From: an uncultured bacterium
Lineage (GTDB): Bacteria; Oederibacteriota; Oederibacteriia; Oederibacteriales; Oederibacteriaceae
Assembly: GCA_965112635.1 (NCBI GenBank)
Contig: OZ218778.1
Location: 2,222,833 to 2,286,832, forward strand
Direction of reading: 5' to 3'
Length of the DNA: 64,000 nt
Both the position numbers and the translations under genes were made by a program. Positions 37,475 to 46,701 of this stretch are shown here, one piece after another. The notes beneath the pieces are model-generated. The model was given only the letters and a program-made list of their open reading frames with translations, had not been told where the DNA came from and did not search any database. Numbering within the stretch: the stretch's first letter is position 1; each line of letters starts with the position of its first letter.

Positions 37475-38869
37475 ATGCATAAATCAAGAAAACTTGGCAG
37501 GGAATCAGACCCAATCCAGGCCATACTAGAAGACAACAACGATCTGCCCAAAATTTCAATTATTGGGAGTCCTAATGTGGGCAAATCCACTTTGTTCAAT
37601 AGGCTTATTCGTAAAAATATTGCCATTGTGGACAGCACTCCTGGCACAACAAGGGACAGACAAAAAAGAGCTGTTTCTCTGGGAAATGCGCTTGTCTGGC
37701 TGGAAGATTGCGGTGGATTTACAAGAAATAAAGGGGACATTGAAACTGAAATAAACAACAGAGTCATTCAATCGATTACTGAAGCTGCGATAATTATTTA
37801 TGTTTTGGACTTTTTACGAGGTATTAGTGATAGTGATAAAAAATTGCTGGACATTATCAGAAAGCACGAAAATAAATCGGTAATAATTGCTGTAAATAAA
37901 GTGGATAACGACAATTTCATCAATAAAAATCCAAGAACTAAAGAATTTTTGAATTTCGGTTTAGGTATGACGGTCTTTATTTCCGCGTTGCATAATAGAG
38001 GAATACAAGTATTAGAAGACAACTTAAGTGATTTCATTAATAAAAGATTGCAAACGTCGCCCAGCGGTGAATTGCTGACAAAAACTATTTGCATTATAGG
38101 CAGACCAAATGTCGGGAAATCTTCATTGGTCAACGCTCTTTTAGGACAAAATAAAATGATTGTTCACTCAGTTCCAAACACAACGCGAGATTCTGTTGAA
38201 TTTAATATAAAGTTAGAATCGAAGATCCTAACTATCGTTGATACAGCCGGAATTCGGAAAAAGAAACAAATTCAGGGAAATATTGAGGATTTAGCGGTTA
38301 CTAAGTCTTTACTTTATATCAGAAAAAGCGACATGGTACTTTATGTTGTAGATGCTCTTATGGGGATAGAGGACCAGGACAAAAAAATAGCAGGGTACAT
38401 ACATCAAGAAGGAAAGAAGTTAATAATTGTTGTCAATAAATGGGATTTAACAGATGGTTTGGAATCAACAAAAAAACAATACACTAGTGAAATAAAAAGA
38501 ATACTATTTTTTGCTGATTACGCACCAATTGTATTCATTTCAGCTCTAAAAAAGGAAGGTCTTGAAAATTTGAAACTGATGATTGATAATATAGTAGCTG
38601 CTAACGAAAAAACCATCGAACAAAAAGAATTAAATGTAATTTTAAAGGAAATGTCTTCGAAACAAGGATTTTCACGTAAAGGGAAATCTTTTACATTAAA
38701 TTCTTTAACGCAAATTGGGGTCAATCCTCCCAGGTTTTTGATTAAAGTCAGCAGACCAGATCTTTTTCATTTTAGCTTAAGGCGTCAATTGGAAAATAGA
38801 ATCAGAGATAAATTTGGGTTTTTTGGTACAGCTTTGAAAATATATTTGGCTAAAAATCATAAAAACTAA
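37475..38869 (+). CDS. der: ribosome-associated GTPase Der (EngA)
   Basis: 464 aa. It has two GTPase domains (GSPNVGKSTLFN and GRPNVGKSSLVN; DTPG/DTAG; NKVD/NKWD) and a KH-like C-terminus. Confidence 0.95.
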   Translation: MHKSRKLGRESDPIQAILEDNNDLPKISIIGSPNVGKSTLFNRLIRKNIAIVDSTPGTTRDRQKRAVSLGNALVWLEDCGGFTRNKGDIETEINNRVIQSITEAAIIIYVLDFLRGISDSDKKLLDIIRKHENKSVIIAVNKVDNDNFINKNPRTKEFLNFGLGMTVFISALHNRGIQVLEDNLSDFINKRLQTSPSGELLTKTICIIGRPNVGKSSLVNALLGQNKMIVHSVPNTTRDSVEFNIKLESKILTIVDTAGIRKKKQIQGNIEDLAVTKSLLYIRKSDMVLYVVDALMGIEDQDKKIAGYIHQEGKKLIIVVNKWDLTDGLESTKKQYTSEIKRILFFADYAPIVFISALKKEGLENLKLMIDNIVAANEKTIEQKELNVILKEMSSKQGFSRKGKSFTLNSLTQIGVNPPRFLIKVSRPDLFHFSLRRQLENRIRDKFGFFGTALKIYLAKNHKN

Positions 38870-38887
38870 ACGATGGAGTGCTAACTC

Positions 38888-39526
38888 GTGTTGTCTGTAT
38901 TTTTTATTCTTACAGTTTCATATCTAATCGGTTCATTTCCAACGGGGTATATCATAGGAAAACTAAAAGGTATTGATATAAGAAAACAAGGTAGTGGCAA
39001 TATTGGATTTACCAATGTTTACAGGATTCTTGGGCCTTTGCCAGGAATAATTGTATTTATTATCGATTTTTTAAAGGGTTATTTAACTGTCGCCATATTT
39101 TGCAATTATTTTGGGATTATTTTAGATTATCCAGTCAATTCTTGGATAAGAACAGGCGTAGGTTGCGCAGCAATTGCTGGCCATAATTGGAGTGTTTTCT
39201 TAGGTTTTAAAGGAGGCAAGGGCGTCCTGACCAGCGCAGGTGTTTTTTTTGCTTTATCCCCATTGTCAGCAAGCATTACACTAATTTTCTTTATCATTGT
39301 CATATTTATCTGGCACATCATATCTTTAGGTTCTTTGATTTCAGCAATTTTGTTGCCATTTTTAATTTGGATTTTTTCAGAACCCTTACCCGTTCTTTTA
39401 TTAAGTATTTTGGCCTGTTTTTCAATAATATTAAAACATCGAGATAACATTAGAAGACTTATTGAAGGTAATGAGTATTACTTTGTTTTGTTCAAAAAAA
39501 ACAATAAGAAAGCAAAAATATCATAA
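38888..39526 (+). CDS. plsY: glycerol-3-phosphate acyltransferase PlsY
   Basis: 212 aa with a GTG start. Motifs: GSGNIGFTNVYR and HNWSVFLGFKGGKGV. Confidence 0.92.
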   Translation: MLSVFFILTVSYLIGSFPTGYIIGKLKGIDIRKQGSGNIGFTNVYRILGPLPGIIVFIIDFLKGYLTVAIFCNYFGIILDYPVNSWIRTGVGCAAIAGHNWSVFLGFKGGKGVLTSAGVFFALSPLSASITLIFFIIVIFIWHIISLGSLISAILLPFLIWIFSEPLPVLLLSILACFSIILKHRDNIRRLIEGNEYYFVLFKKNNKKAKIS

Positions 39527-39534
39527 AAAACAAG

Positions 39535-40533
39535 CTGAAAATAACAGTATTAGGGGCGGGATCATGGGGCATTACTTTATCTATTTTGTTAAATAATAAA
39601 GGGAATCAAGTTACTTTATGGGATCCTTCTGAAAATTACTTGAAAAAGCTAGGGAAAATAAGGCAAAATAAGGAGCATTTACCAGGAATTACCATACCGG
39701 ATTCTATTAGAATCGAATATAATATTGCTAACACCTTAGCCCTGAGTGATATTATTGTTCTGGCAATAATTTCACAAAAAACGAGGTTAATTATAAAAAA
39801 GTTTGCTCCATTCTTTCCGAAAAGTGCAATTTTTGTTAATGTTTCTAAAGGAATTGAACGGAAATCGCTGAAAACATTATCGCAGGTGTTTAAGGAAGAG
39901 GTGCCCAAATTAATAAGAAATTATTGCGTTTTATCAGGCCCTAGTCATGCGGAAGAAGTTATTAAAAATGTTCCCACAGCTGTAGTAGTTGCTTCAAAAT
40001 CAAGGAAAATTGCAAAAACAATTCAAAATCTTTTTATAACTCGGAATTTTAGAGTTTACACAAGTAATGATGTAGTTGGAGTTGAGTTAGGTTCAGCCTT
40101 AAAAAATGTAATTGCTGTTGCGGCAGGAATAGTTGATGGTATCGGACTAGGAAGTAACACCAAAGCTGCTCTCATTACACGAGGACTTGCTGAAATAACT
40201 AGATTTGCTAAAGCAAAAGGCGGGAAAATCATAACAATTACTGGATTAAGCGGTTTAGGTGACCTAATAGTAACTTGCAATAGTAAATATAGTAGAAATA
40301 GGTTTGTTGGTGAGCAAATTGGGAAAGGTAGCAAATTAATAGATATTCTCAATTCAAGAAAAGATTTTGTTGAAGGAATTCCAACAACTAAAGCAGTTTA
40401 TTTACTTTCAAAAAAAAGTAATATTTCAATGCCCATTACCGAACAAATTTACAATGTAATATTTAAGGAAAAATCACCTATATTAGCCATTAAAGATCTG
40501 ATGACTAGGGCCGGGAAAGCCGAAAATACTTAA
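39535..40533 (+). CDS. gpsA: NAD(P)H-dependent glycerol-3-phosphate dehydrogenase GpsA (start codon unresolved; CTG at 39535 is a provisional choice)
   Basis: The frame is open from 39508. The Rossmann motif ITVLGAGSWG is encoded at 39541-39570, upstream of the TTG (39586) used by the ORF track. No ATG, GTG or TTG occurs in frame between 39508 and 39585. Downstream GpsA blocks include SGPSHAEEV and NVIAVAAGI. Confidence 0.85.
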   Translation: MKITVLGAGSWGITLSILLNNKGNQVTLWDPSENYLKKLGKIRQNKEHLPGITIPDSIRIEYNIANTLALSDIIVLAIISQKTRLIIKKFAPFFPKSAIFVNVSKGIERKSLKTLSQVFKEEVPKLIRNYCVLSGPSHAEEVIKNVPTAVVVASKSRKIAKTIQNLFITRNFRVYTSNDVVGVELGSALKNVIAVAAGIVDGIGLGSNTKAALITRGLAEITRFAKAKGGKIITITGLSGLGDLIVTCNSKYSRNRFVGEQIGKGSKLIDILNSRKDFVEGIPTTKAVYLLSKKSNISMPITEQIYNVIFKEKSPILAIKDLMTRAGKAENT

Positions 40534-40569
40534 GTTTAGAATTTATAATATTTTATGAACTAAGGAGGA

Positions 40570-40854
40570 ATGATGACTAAAGAAGATCTTATAAAAAGTA
40601 TCGGAACTCTTGGATTTTCAAGAAGAAATTCAGTTCTTGCAGTTGAAGCCATACTAAATTCAATTCGAGAATCCTTAAAAAAAGGAAAGCAGGTTAAAAT
40701 TACAGATTTTGGAACATTTTTAATCAAAAAAAGGGCTGCAAGGCAAGGTAGAAATCCCAAAACCGGTGTTTCAGTTCAGATTCCAGCGAAATTAATACCT
40801 CATTTCAAGGCCAGCAAAAATTTAAAGGAGATGGTCAAAGTTGCTCCTAACTAA
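40570..40854 (+). CDS. HU/IHF family DNA-binding protein
   Basis: 94 aa with AAGGAGG upstream. The motif is FGTFLIKKRAARQGRNPKTGVSVQIPAKLIPHFKASKNLK. Confidence 0.9.
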   Translation: MMTKEDLIKSIGTLGFSRRNSVLAVEAILNSIRESLKKGKQVKITDFGTFLIKKRAARQGRNPKTGVSVQIPAKLIPHFKASKNLKEMVKVAPN

Positions 40855-41191
40855 TTTTGTAAACAACAAATTATTCTATTCAATAAGTGAAGTAAGTAGG
40901 TTAACAAAAATTCCTACTTATATACTAAGATATTGGGAAAAGGAATTTAAAGATCTTAAACCAGAGAAAAGTTCGACAGGGCAAAGAAGATATCGATATA
41001 AAGATATTGAAACAGTTAAATTTATTTATAAACTCTTGTATCAGGATATGTTTTCTATAAAAGGCGCAAAACGTAGAATTAAAGAGTTAAAGAAAGAGAA
41101 TAAGCAATTAGGATTTAATCTTGATAGAAAAGAGCCTAATTTATCAAAAGTAATTGAAAAGCTTGAAGAAATAAGGAATTTAATTCAATGA
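40841..41191 (+). CDS. MerR family transcriptional regulator
   Basis: 116 aa. The TTG start overlaps the end of the HU/IHF gene. The HTH region reads YSISEVSRLTKIPTYILRYWEKEF...GQRRYRYKDI. Confidence 0.8.
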   Translation: MLLTNFVNNKLFYSISEVSRLTKIPTYILRYWEKEFKDLKPEKSSTGQRRYRYKDIETVKFIYKLLYQDMFSIKGAKRRIKELKKENKQLGFNLDRKEPNLSKVIEKLEEIRNLIQ

Positions 41192-41235
41192 TAAAGGCCA
41201 TGTCCGGTAATATATATTATGTTAACCTTCTTGTA

Positions 41236-41805
41236 TTAAAAAACACCTTCACAAAACAAAATTCTATTAATCAGCTTAATGGTTTTATTTAAGTCCCTGT
41301 TCACAACAATATAGTCATATAGAAATATCTTGCTTATTTCTTCATTTATTTTTGATAAACGTTTTTTGATTTCGCATTTAACATCAGTGTTTCTTTTTAC
41401 AAGTCTTTTTTTTAAATACGATCTTGAAGGAGGCAAAACAAAAATAGAAACTGTTTTATTGAAAAACTTATCAATATGTTTTTTCCCGTTATAATCGACA
41501 TTTAAAAGAGGGATGTTTCCTAATTTTGTGATACTCCTTAGATTTTGAACGCTTGTGCCATAATAATTGTTATAAATTTTTGCACACTCAATAAAATACC
41601 CTTTATTCAAACGTTTTTTAAATTCATTTGAATTAATAAAGTGATAATCAACATGATCGTTTTCATTATCTCTTGGTGGCCTTGTTGTGAATGATATGCT
41701 TTTAGTTAACGCTTTGTTTAATTTAATTAAACGGTTGGCAATGGTTGTTTTTCCGGTACCTGAGGGCGCTGAAATAACTACTATAACTTTTTTGTTCTTT
41801 CCCAT
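41236..41805 (-). CDS. gmk: guanylate kinase
   Basis: 189 aa. It has the P-loop ISAPSGTGKTT, then SFTTRPPRDNENDHVDYHF and YYGT. Confidence 0.92.
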   Translation of the reverse strand: MGKNKKVIVVISAPSGTGKTTIANRLIKLNKALTKSISFTTRPPRDNENDHVDYHFINSNEFKKRLNKGYFIECAKIYNNYYGTSVQNLRSITKLGNIPLLNVDYNGKKHIDKFFNKTVSIFVLPPSRSYLKKRLVKRNTDVKCEIKKRLSKINEEISKIFLYDYIVVNRDLNKTIKLINRILFCEGVF

Positions 41806-41806
41806 T

Positions 41807-42679
41807 TTATTCTATGTTTTGCGCCTGTTCTCTTATTTTTTCTATCTCTTCTTTAGCTAGTATTGAAAGTTCTATTACATTTATATCATGACACTTAGAA
41901 TTTATAGTATTTAGTTCCCTATTTAATTCTTGGCATAAAAAATCCAAATGCTTGCCGCAATTTTTAGAGTTTTCCAATAAATTCTTTATCTTTATAATAT
42001 GTGAGTTGATTCTGTCAATTTCTTCAGAAATAATATTTCTTTCCAAAAATTTGTTTATAATTTCTACTACTTGTTTTTTTTCGTTATCTTTAGCTGCCAT
42101 TAATAACTTTATGCTTTTTTGAGCCTTTATATATTCATTATTCAAATATTGTTCAATTCTAGCTTTTAATTTATCAATATATTTATGAAATTTAAAAATA
42201 TTTAACAGAATACACTTTTTTAAATAAACTCCTTCAATTCCTTTATCTTTTTTTGTTTTATCTATTATTTTTACTAGGTATTTAATACACTTCTTCCAAA
42301 ATAATTTATTTTCAAATAGATTAATATTCAAACGTTCAATTGACCCTGGTAAAGAAAGTAATTGGAATTCGCCTATATTTTTATATATGCTTCCCAATTT
42401 TGATTTTTTTAATTCATTTAAATAAGCATTAATTTGGTTGGGGTTTAATTTGTAGTTTGTGTTATTGTTATTAAATATATCTACGGTTAAATCAATTTTC
42501 CCTCTATTAAATGACTTTTTTAGTAGTTTAAAAATGAGGTTTTCTTTTTTGAAAGACTTTACGCTTAATTTTAGGTTAATTTCAAGAAATTTTGAATTGA
42601 GAGAGCGTATTTCAATATTTACAGTATGATTCAAATAATAGAAAGTGCCGTATCCATAACCGGTCATGCTACTTATCAT
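41807..42679 (-). CDS. yicC: YicC/YloC family stress-induced protein
   Basis: 290 aa. The N-terminus is SMTGYGYG. The C-terminal coiled-coil region ends EIEKIREQAQNIE. Confidence 0.85.
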   Translation of the reverse strand: MISSMTGYGYGTFYYLNHTVNIEIRSLNSKFLEINLKLSVKSFKKENLIFKLLKKSFNRGKIDLTVDIFNNNNTNYKLNPNQINAYLNELKKSKLGSIYKNIGEFQLLSLPGSIERLNINLFENKLFWKKCIKYLVKIIDKTKKDKGIEGVYLKKCILLNIFKFHKYIDKLKARIEQYLNNEYIKAQKSIKLLMAAKDNEKKQVVEIINKFLERNIISEEIDRINSHIIKIKNLLENSKNCGKHLDFLCQELNRELNTINSKCHDINVIELSILAKEEIEKIREQAQNIE

Positions 42680-42688
42680 TGCGTGGCC

Positions 42689-43414
42689 TTAGAAAGACAA
42701 TCCAAAGCAACCACCTTCTTCATCAGTTGCTGAGGCTTTGGGGGCATTACTTAAAGAACTCGATGTTTTGCTGGTTCCGGTTAGGACCTCAGGTATTTCA
42801 ACAACAGTATGGCTAAGTTTTTCGCGACTTATTTGAGTGTCTTCCATAGTTACAGAGCCAGTTTGCGCAAATGTTTTAGCGCCTTCGATTTGACAATGTT
42901 GAATCATGCAATCCTTGGTCGATTGTTCTCCAAATAGGATGCCCCCCCAGCTTGAAGTTCCCTCGTTTGTAGTGAATAGAATGGGTTTATCATGAGTTCC
43001 CACAGCTTTTAATGTCCCTAATATCTTTAAAACTAAATCCGGTTTTGTTGATGGAAAAATCACATCTCCCCCGAATTTAATCACCACTCCTGGTTCAATG
43101 CTCAGGGTGACTTGCGGCGGTATGATTATGTCTCCAACTATGACATATGGACTATTAGCTGCCCTAAAAGTCATGTTCTCTTTGAAATCACCGCCCGTGA
43201 CGTAAGTTTGTCCATTCACTTTAAACATGGTAATAGGCACATGGACAATCTCCTCTCCTGTGCCTTCCTCCGTTGATGAGGAAGTGGTAACATTTTGAAC
43301 CTGTGGATTGTCACCAGGGTTTGGCTGCTGTCCAAATTGTTCCTGGGCATAGAGAGTCGTAAAAGCTAAAATAAATATTAATAAAAAACATAAACGGCAA
43401 TAATTTCGATACAT
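42689..43414 (-). CDS. secreted hypothetical protein with a beta-helix-like central region
   Basis: 241 aa. The signal peptide is MYRNYCRLCFLLIFILAFTTLYAQE. The central segment GDIIIPPQVTLSIEPGVVIKFGGDVIF...ILFTTNEGTSSWGGILF resembles parallel beta-helix / CASH repeats. Confidence 0.6.
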   Translation of the reverse strand: MYRNYCRLCFLLIFILAFTTLYAQEQFGQQPNPGDNPQVQNVTTSSSTEEGTGEEIVHVPITMFKVNGQTYVTGGDFKENMTFRAANSPYVIVGDIIIPPQVTLSIEPGVVIKFGGDVIFPSTKPDLVLKILGTLKAVGTHDKPILFTTNEGTSSWGGILFGEQSTKDCMIQHCQIEGAKTFAQTGSVTMEDTQISREKLSHTVVEIPEVLTGTSKTSSSLSNAPKASATDEEGGCFGLSF

Positions 43415-43457
43415 AATTTCCTCCCGTAGAAAGCAATTAAACCAGATAAATTAATAA

Positions 43458-44129
43458 TTACAAAGACAAATAATTTTTTTTATAACCTGAGCGGAGTCTG
43501 AAAAGGATGTCCTCTGCCTTATCTTTTTCATTAAGCTTAATATAGCATTCCGCTAAGAAAAACAAAGAACTTGGTACTAGTTTCGATTGGGGTTGATCTT
43601 TTATGAGTTTTTGGAATATTTTAATAGCATTACGAAAATCGTTTTCATAAAAAAAACACTCACCAATTTTATAGCTAATCATATCAACGCATTCAACATC
43701 CCTAAATGTTCTTACGACAAAATTGTAATAATAACAAGACTTCTTAAAATCTTTCTTAAAAAAGCAAGAATCAGCCAATAAAAGCGAAGCATAACTACAG
43801 ACAAATCTATCACTATTGCTGTTCTTTTCAAGGAATCTCACAAAATTATCGTAAGAATTATTGAAACTATTCCTTTCAAATAAATTAATATATCCCATTA
43901 AAATAAGCGCCTTATCTGCATAAGGTGCTTCGTTGCCGTACGAAACAATCTTGCTCAGGCCGGCTTGGGCGCTCCTATAATCACCTTTTTCAAAATCCCT
44001 TAAAGAATCCATATACTGTTTAAGTAATAAATCTTTATCGGCTATTGGCTGGCTGTAGCAACCGAAGCAAATTAAATAAATTAATAAAAATAAAATAAAA
44101 TTATATAGAAGATAAAGGAGGCGCTGCAT
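43458..44129 (-). CDS. TPR-like lipoprotein (BamD/YbgF-like)
   Basis: 223 aa. The lipobox-like N-terminus is LIYLICFGC. TPR-like helical repeats run throughout. Confidence 0.6.
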   Translation of the reverse strand: MQRLLYLLYNFILFLLIYLICFGCYSQPIADKDLLLKQYMDSLRDFEKGDYRSAQAGLSKIVSYGNEAPYADKALILMGYINLFERNSFNNSYDNFVRFLEKNSNSDRFVCSYASLLLADSCFFKKDFKKSCYYYNFVVRTFRDVECVDMISYKIGECFFYENDFRNAIKIFQKLIKDQPQSKLVPSSLFFLAECYIKLNEKDKAEDILFRLRSGYKKNYLSL

Positions 44130-44164
44130 GCGGCCTTATTTTTATCCATTCTTAGAAAGAAATG

Positions 44165-44237
44165 AGCTGATGGTCGGATTTGAACCGACGACCTATCGAT
44201 TACGAATCGATTGCTCTACCAACTGAGCTACATCAGC
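44165..44237 (-). tRNA. tRNA-Thr (anticodon CGT)
   Basis: Hand-folded cloverleaf, 73 nt. Acceptor GCTGATG/CATCAGC; D arm GCTC-AGTTGGTA-GAGC. Anticodon arm ATCGA-TTCGTAA-TCGAT; variable AGGTC. T arm GTCGG-TTCAAAT-CCGAC; discriminator T. CCA is not encoded. Confidence 0.9.
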
Positions 44238-44240
44238 TTC

Positions 44241-44963
44241 TCAAGCGGTCTCAGCTTGCAAATCGATTTTAGTAATATTGATATCACTAAATGCTTTATC
44301 TTGCCATATGATAATCGATTTAATTCTTATTAATTCAAGTAATGCCAAGAATAAAACTACTTTGTGAAGTAGGTTCTGTTGTTTGGCAACGATATCGTTG
44401 AACTGGACTTTCTCATTGTTTGTAAAATAGTCTAAAAGTTCATTGATTTTTTGGCTTATCGATATGTCGTCTTTAGCAATTTCATGGATAAACTCCGGTT
44501 TAAGCTTGTCAGTGATTTCTTTAAAAGTTCCCAGTAAGTCAAAAAGGTCTAATTTCAATATCTCTGTGCCTTTGGAAATATAGGCAACCGCTTTTGAGCC
44601 GCTCCCAAAGATATCCCTTTGCAGCAATTCTTTTTGTTCCAGAGATGTAGCCAAATCTTTGAACTTTTTATACTCTATCAGCCGCTGGATCAGTTCGTCC
44701 TTAGTTTCGTCAACCTCCTCAGGTTGAGTTTCATCCCTGGGAAGCAACATTTTGGACTTTATCTGCATCAAGGTGGATGCCATGACTAAGAATTCTCCTA
44801 TACCCTCCATTTCAAAAAATTTCATTAAATTGACATAGGCAATGAAATCATTAGTGATCTTTAGAATGGGAATATCAAAAATATTAAACTCGTTTTTCCG
44901 GACTAGGTAAAGCAGAAGATCCAAGGGGCCGTCAAACGTATTAAGTTGTAGTGAAAATTCCAT
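44241..44963 (-). CDS. scpA: segregation and condensation protein A
   Basis: 240 aa. The N-terminal motif is FDGPLDLLLYLVRKNEFNIFDIPILKIT. Confidence 0.9.
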   Translation of the reverse strand: MEFSLQLNTFDGPLDLLLYLVRKNEFNIFDIPILKITNDFIAYVNLMKFFEMEGIGEFLVMASTLMQIKSKMLLPRDETQPEEVDETKDELIQRLIEYKKFKDLATSLEQKELLQRDIFGSGSKAVAYISKGTEILKLDLFDLLGTFKEITDKLKPEFIHEIAKDDISISQKINELLDYFTNNEKVQFNDIVAKQQNLLHKVVLFLALLELIRIKSIIIWQDKAFSDINITKIDLQAETA

Positions 44964-44982
44964 TTAATCTCCGCAAATAATA

Positions 44983-45546
44983 TTATTTGCTGGCATTATT
45001 CACAAGGCCAGCGTCCCTGGAGAACAATTGATCAAGTTCGTTGATGGTCGGAAGGTCCTTAAGGTCCTTGAGGCCGAATTGCTGTAAAAATTCCTTCGTG
45101 GTGCCGTAAAGAAAGGGTCTTCCTATCCCCTCCTGCCTTCCGACCAACCTTATCAAATTCCTATCCATTAAAGTATTTAAGACCCCGTCGGAAATCACGC
45201 CCCGAATCGACTCAATCTGGACCTTCGTGACAGGTTGACGGTAAGCGATGATGGCCAAGGTCTCCAAAGCCTGTTTGGACAGTTTATTTGAGATGTTCGC
45301 TTGTAGAAGTTTTTTGATCCAAGGCGCAAAAACCTGCCTAGTGCACATCTGATAACCATTGGCTATTTCAACAATATGAAACCCTCCGGGGTTTTCCTCG
45401 TATTTATTCATAAGTTCCTTAAGGGCGGCTTGTATCAGTTTCGTATCGTTGATGTTTAGCACTTTCTCTACAGTACGAACATCCAAAGGCCCCTCGGAAA
45501 CAAATAAAAGACTTTCCAGAATATCCTTTAACTCGTTCTTTTCCAT
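44983..45546 (-). CDS. scpB: segregation and condensation protein B
   Basis: 187 aa. Motifs: LESLLFVSEGPL, LAIIAYRQPVTK and GRPFLYGTT. Confidence 0.9.
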   Translation of the reverse strand: MEKNELKDILESLLFVSEGPLDVRTVEKVLNINDTKLIQAALKELMNKYEENPGGFHIVEIANGYQMCTRQVFAPWIKKLLQANISNKLSKQALETLAIIAYRQPVTKVQIESIRGVISDGVLNTLMDRNLIRLVGRQEGIGRPFLYGTTKEFLQQFGLKDLKDLPTINELDQLFSRDAGLVNNASK

Positions 45547-45598
45547 ACTTTATCCTCAATACAAAGAAGTTTTAAGAGTTTGTCACTGAAAAAGCAAC

Positions 45599-46510
45599 TC
45601 AGCTCCTGGGATGAAGGTTTTTGTGGTACTTTTTCAAGGAGTCGGCTTCTAAGTGAGTATATATCTGCGTGGTAGAAATGCTAGTGTGTCCTAACATTTC
45701 TTGCACACTTCTTAAATCCGCCCCCCTTTTCAGCAGATGGGTGGCAAACGTGTGACGCAGGGTGTGCGGGGTGATATTGGCAGGTAAACCAGCCTGTCTA
45801 AAATAAAATTTGATTATCTTCCAAATTCCCGTTCGCGAAAATATTTTCCCCGATTTGGTCAGAAACAGATAAGAACTGTTGTATGGGTTAAGGTTAGGCC
45901 GCTGTTTTTGGATGTACGCCTTTAGTCTGATCATAGATGCTCCGCCAAGAGGTATCATCCTTTCTTTGTTTCCCTTACCGATGCATCTTAAATATTCGTT
46001 GTCAAAGTTTATATTTTCAATCTTTAAATTCATTAGCTCTGAGATTCTGAGCCCTGCTCCATAGAGTACTTCCAGCATAGCGATATTTCTTAAAAAAAAA
46101 GGATCCTTTGAATTTTCTAAAGATAGCAGATTTTTTATGTCTTTGAGGGAGATCACTTTTGGTAGCAACTTGGATTTAGCTGGCAATTCAATTTCGGAAA
46201 GTACCGTTTCCCCCAATTCATTCCTAGTGGCCAGGTATTTGTAAAACGATTTAATTGCGCTAATTTTCTGAGAAAGAGAGGAGGCTTGGAGTTTTTTCTC
46301 GCTCAAGTATTTGATATAGAGCGAGACGCCGCGATCGTCCGTGTCTTTAAGTAGGTCGTGATTTTTTTGCGAAAGATAGGCTTTGAATTCCCTAAGAGTC
46401 TTTTCATAGGAGTATATTGTGTTGGCTGACAGCCCTTTTTCCACAGCTAGATAAGTGATAAACCTGGAGATAGAATCTCCCTTTGAATTTTGGTTTATCC
46501 GACGCTTCAT
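45599..46510 (-). CDS. xerD: tyrosine recombinase XerD/XerC family
   Basis: 303 aa. It has an N-terminal SAM-like core-binding domain. The catalytic blocks are GLRISEL, HTLRHTFATHLL and LGHTSISTTQIYTH. Confidence 0.85.
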   Translation of the reverse strand: MKRRINQNSKGDSISRFITYLAVEKGLSANTIYSYEKTLREFKAYLSQKNHDLLKDTDDRGVSLYIKYLSEKKLQASSLSQKISAIKSFYKYLATRNELGETVLSEIELPAKSKLLPKVISLKDIKNLLSLENSKDPFFLRNIAMLEVLYGAGLRISELMNLKIENINFDNEYLRCIGKGNKERMIPLGGASMIRLKAYIQKQRPNLNPYNSSYLFLTKSGKIFSRTGIWKIIKFYFRQAGLPANITPHTLRHTFATHLLKRGADLRSVQEMLGHTSISTTQIYTHLEADSLKKYHKNLHPRS

Positions 46511-46533
46511 GGGCTCATTCCGCTAGAATAATT

Positions 46534-46616
46534 TGCCGGAGGCGGGACTTGAACCCGCATGACCTTGCGATCGGAGGATTTTGAGTCCTCTGCGTCTGCC
46601 ATTCCACCACTCCGGC
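46534..46616 (-). tRNA. tRNA-Leu (anticodon CAA)
   Basis: Hand-folded, 83 nt. Acceptor GCCGGAG/CTCCGGC; anticodon arm GAGGA-CTCAAAA-TCCTC. It has a long variable arm. T arm GCGGG-TTCAAGT-CCCGC; discriminator A. CCA is not encoded. Confidence 0.88.
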
Positions 46617-46701
46617 ATTATCTGATCCACTATAAAAAATAGAATATGTTTTGTTCAGAAACAACGGTTAACTCAGGCATGTCAAGCAAAAACCAGATGC
46701 T

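Noticed and set aside
45599-46616. Tyrosine recombinase immediately downstream of tRNA-Leu, as the integrase and att site of a genomic island
   Set aside because: The recombinase has the XerC/XerD-type layout and is followed by scpB, scpA, tRNA-Thr and other core genes. I found no duplicated copy of the tRNA-Leu 3' end; the only hit is a 9-nt match, ggaggcggg, near 53066.
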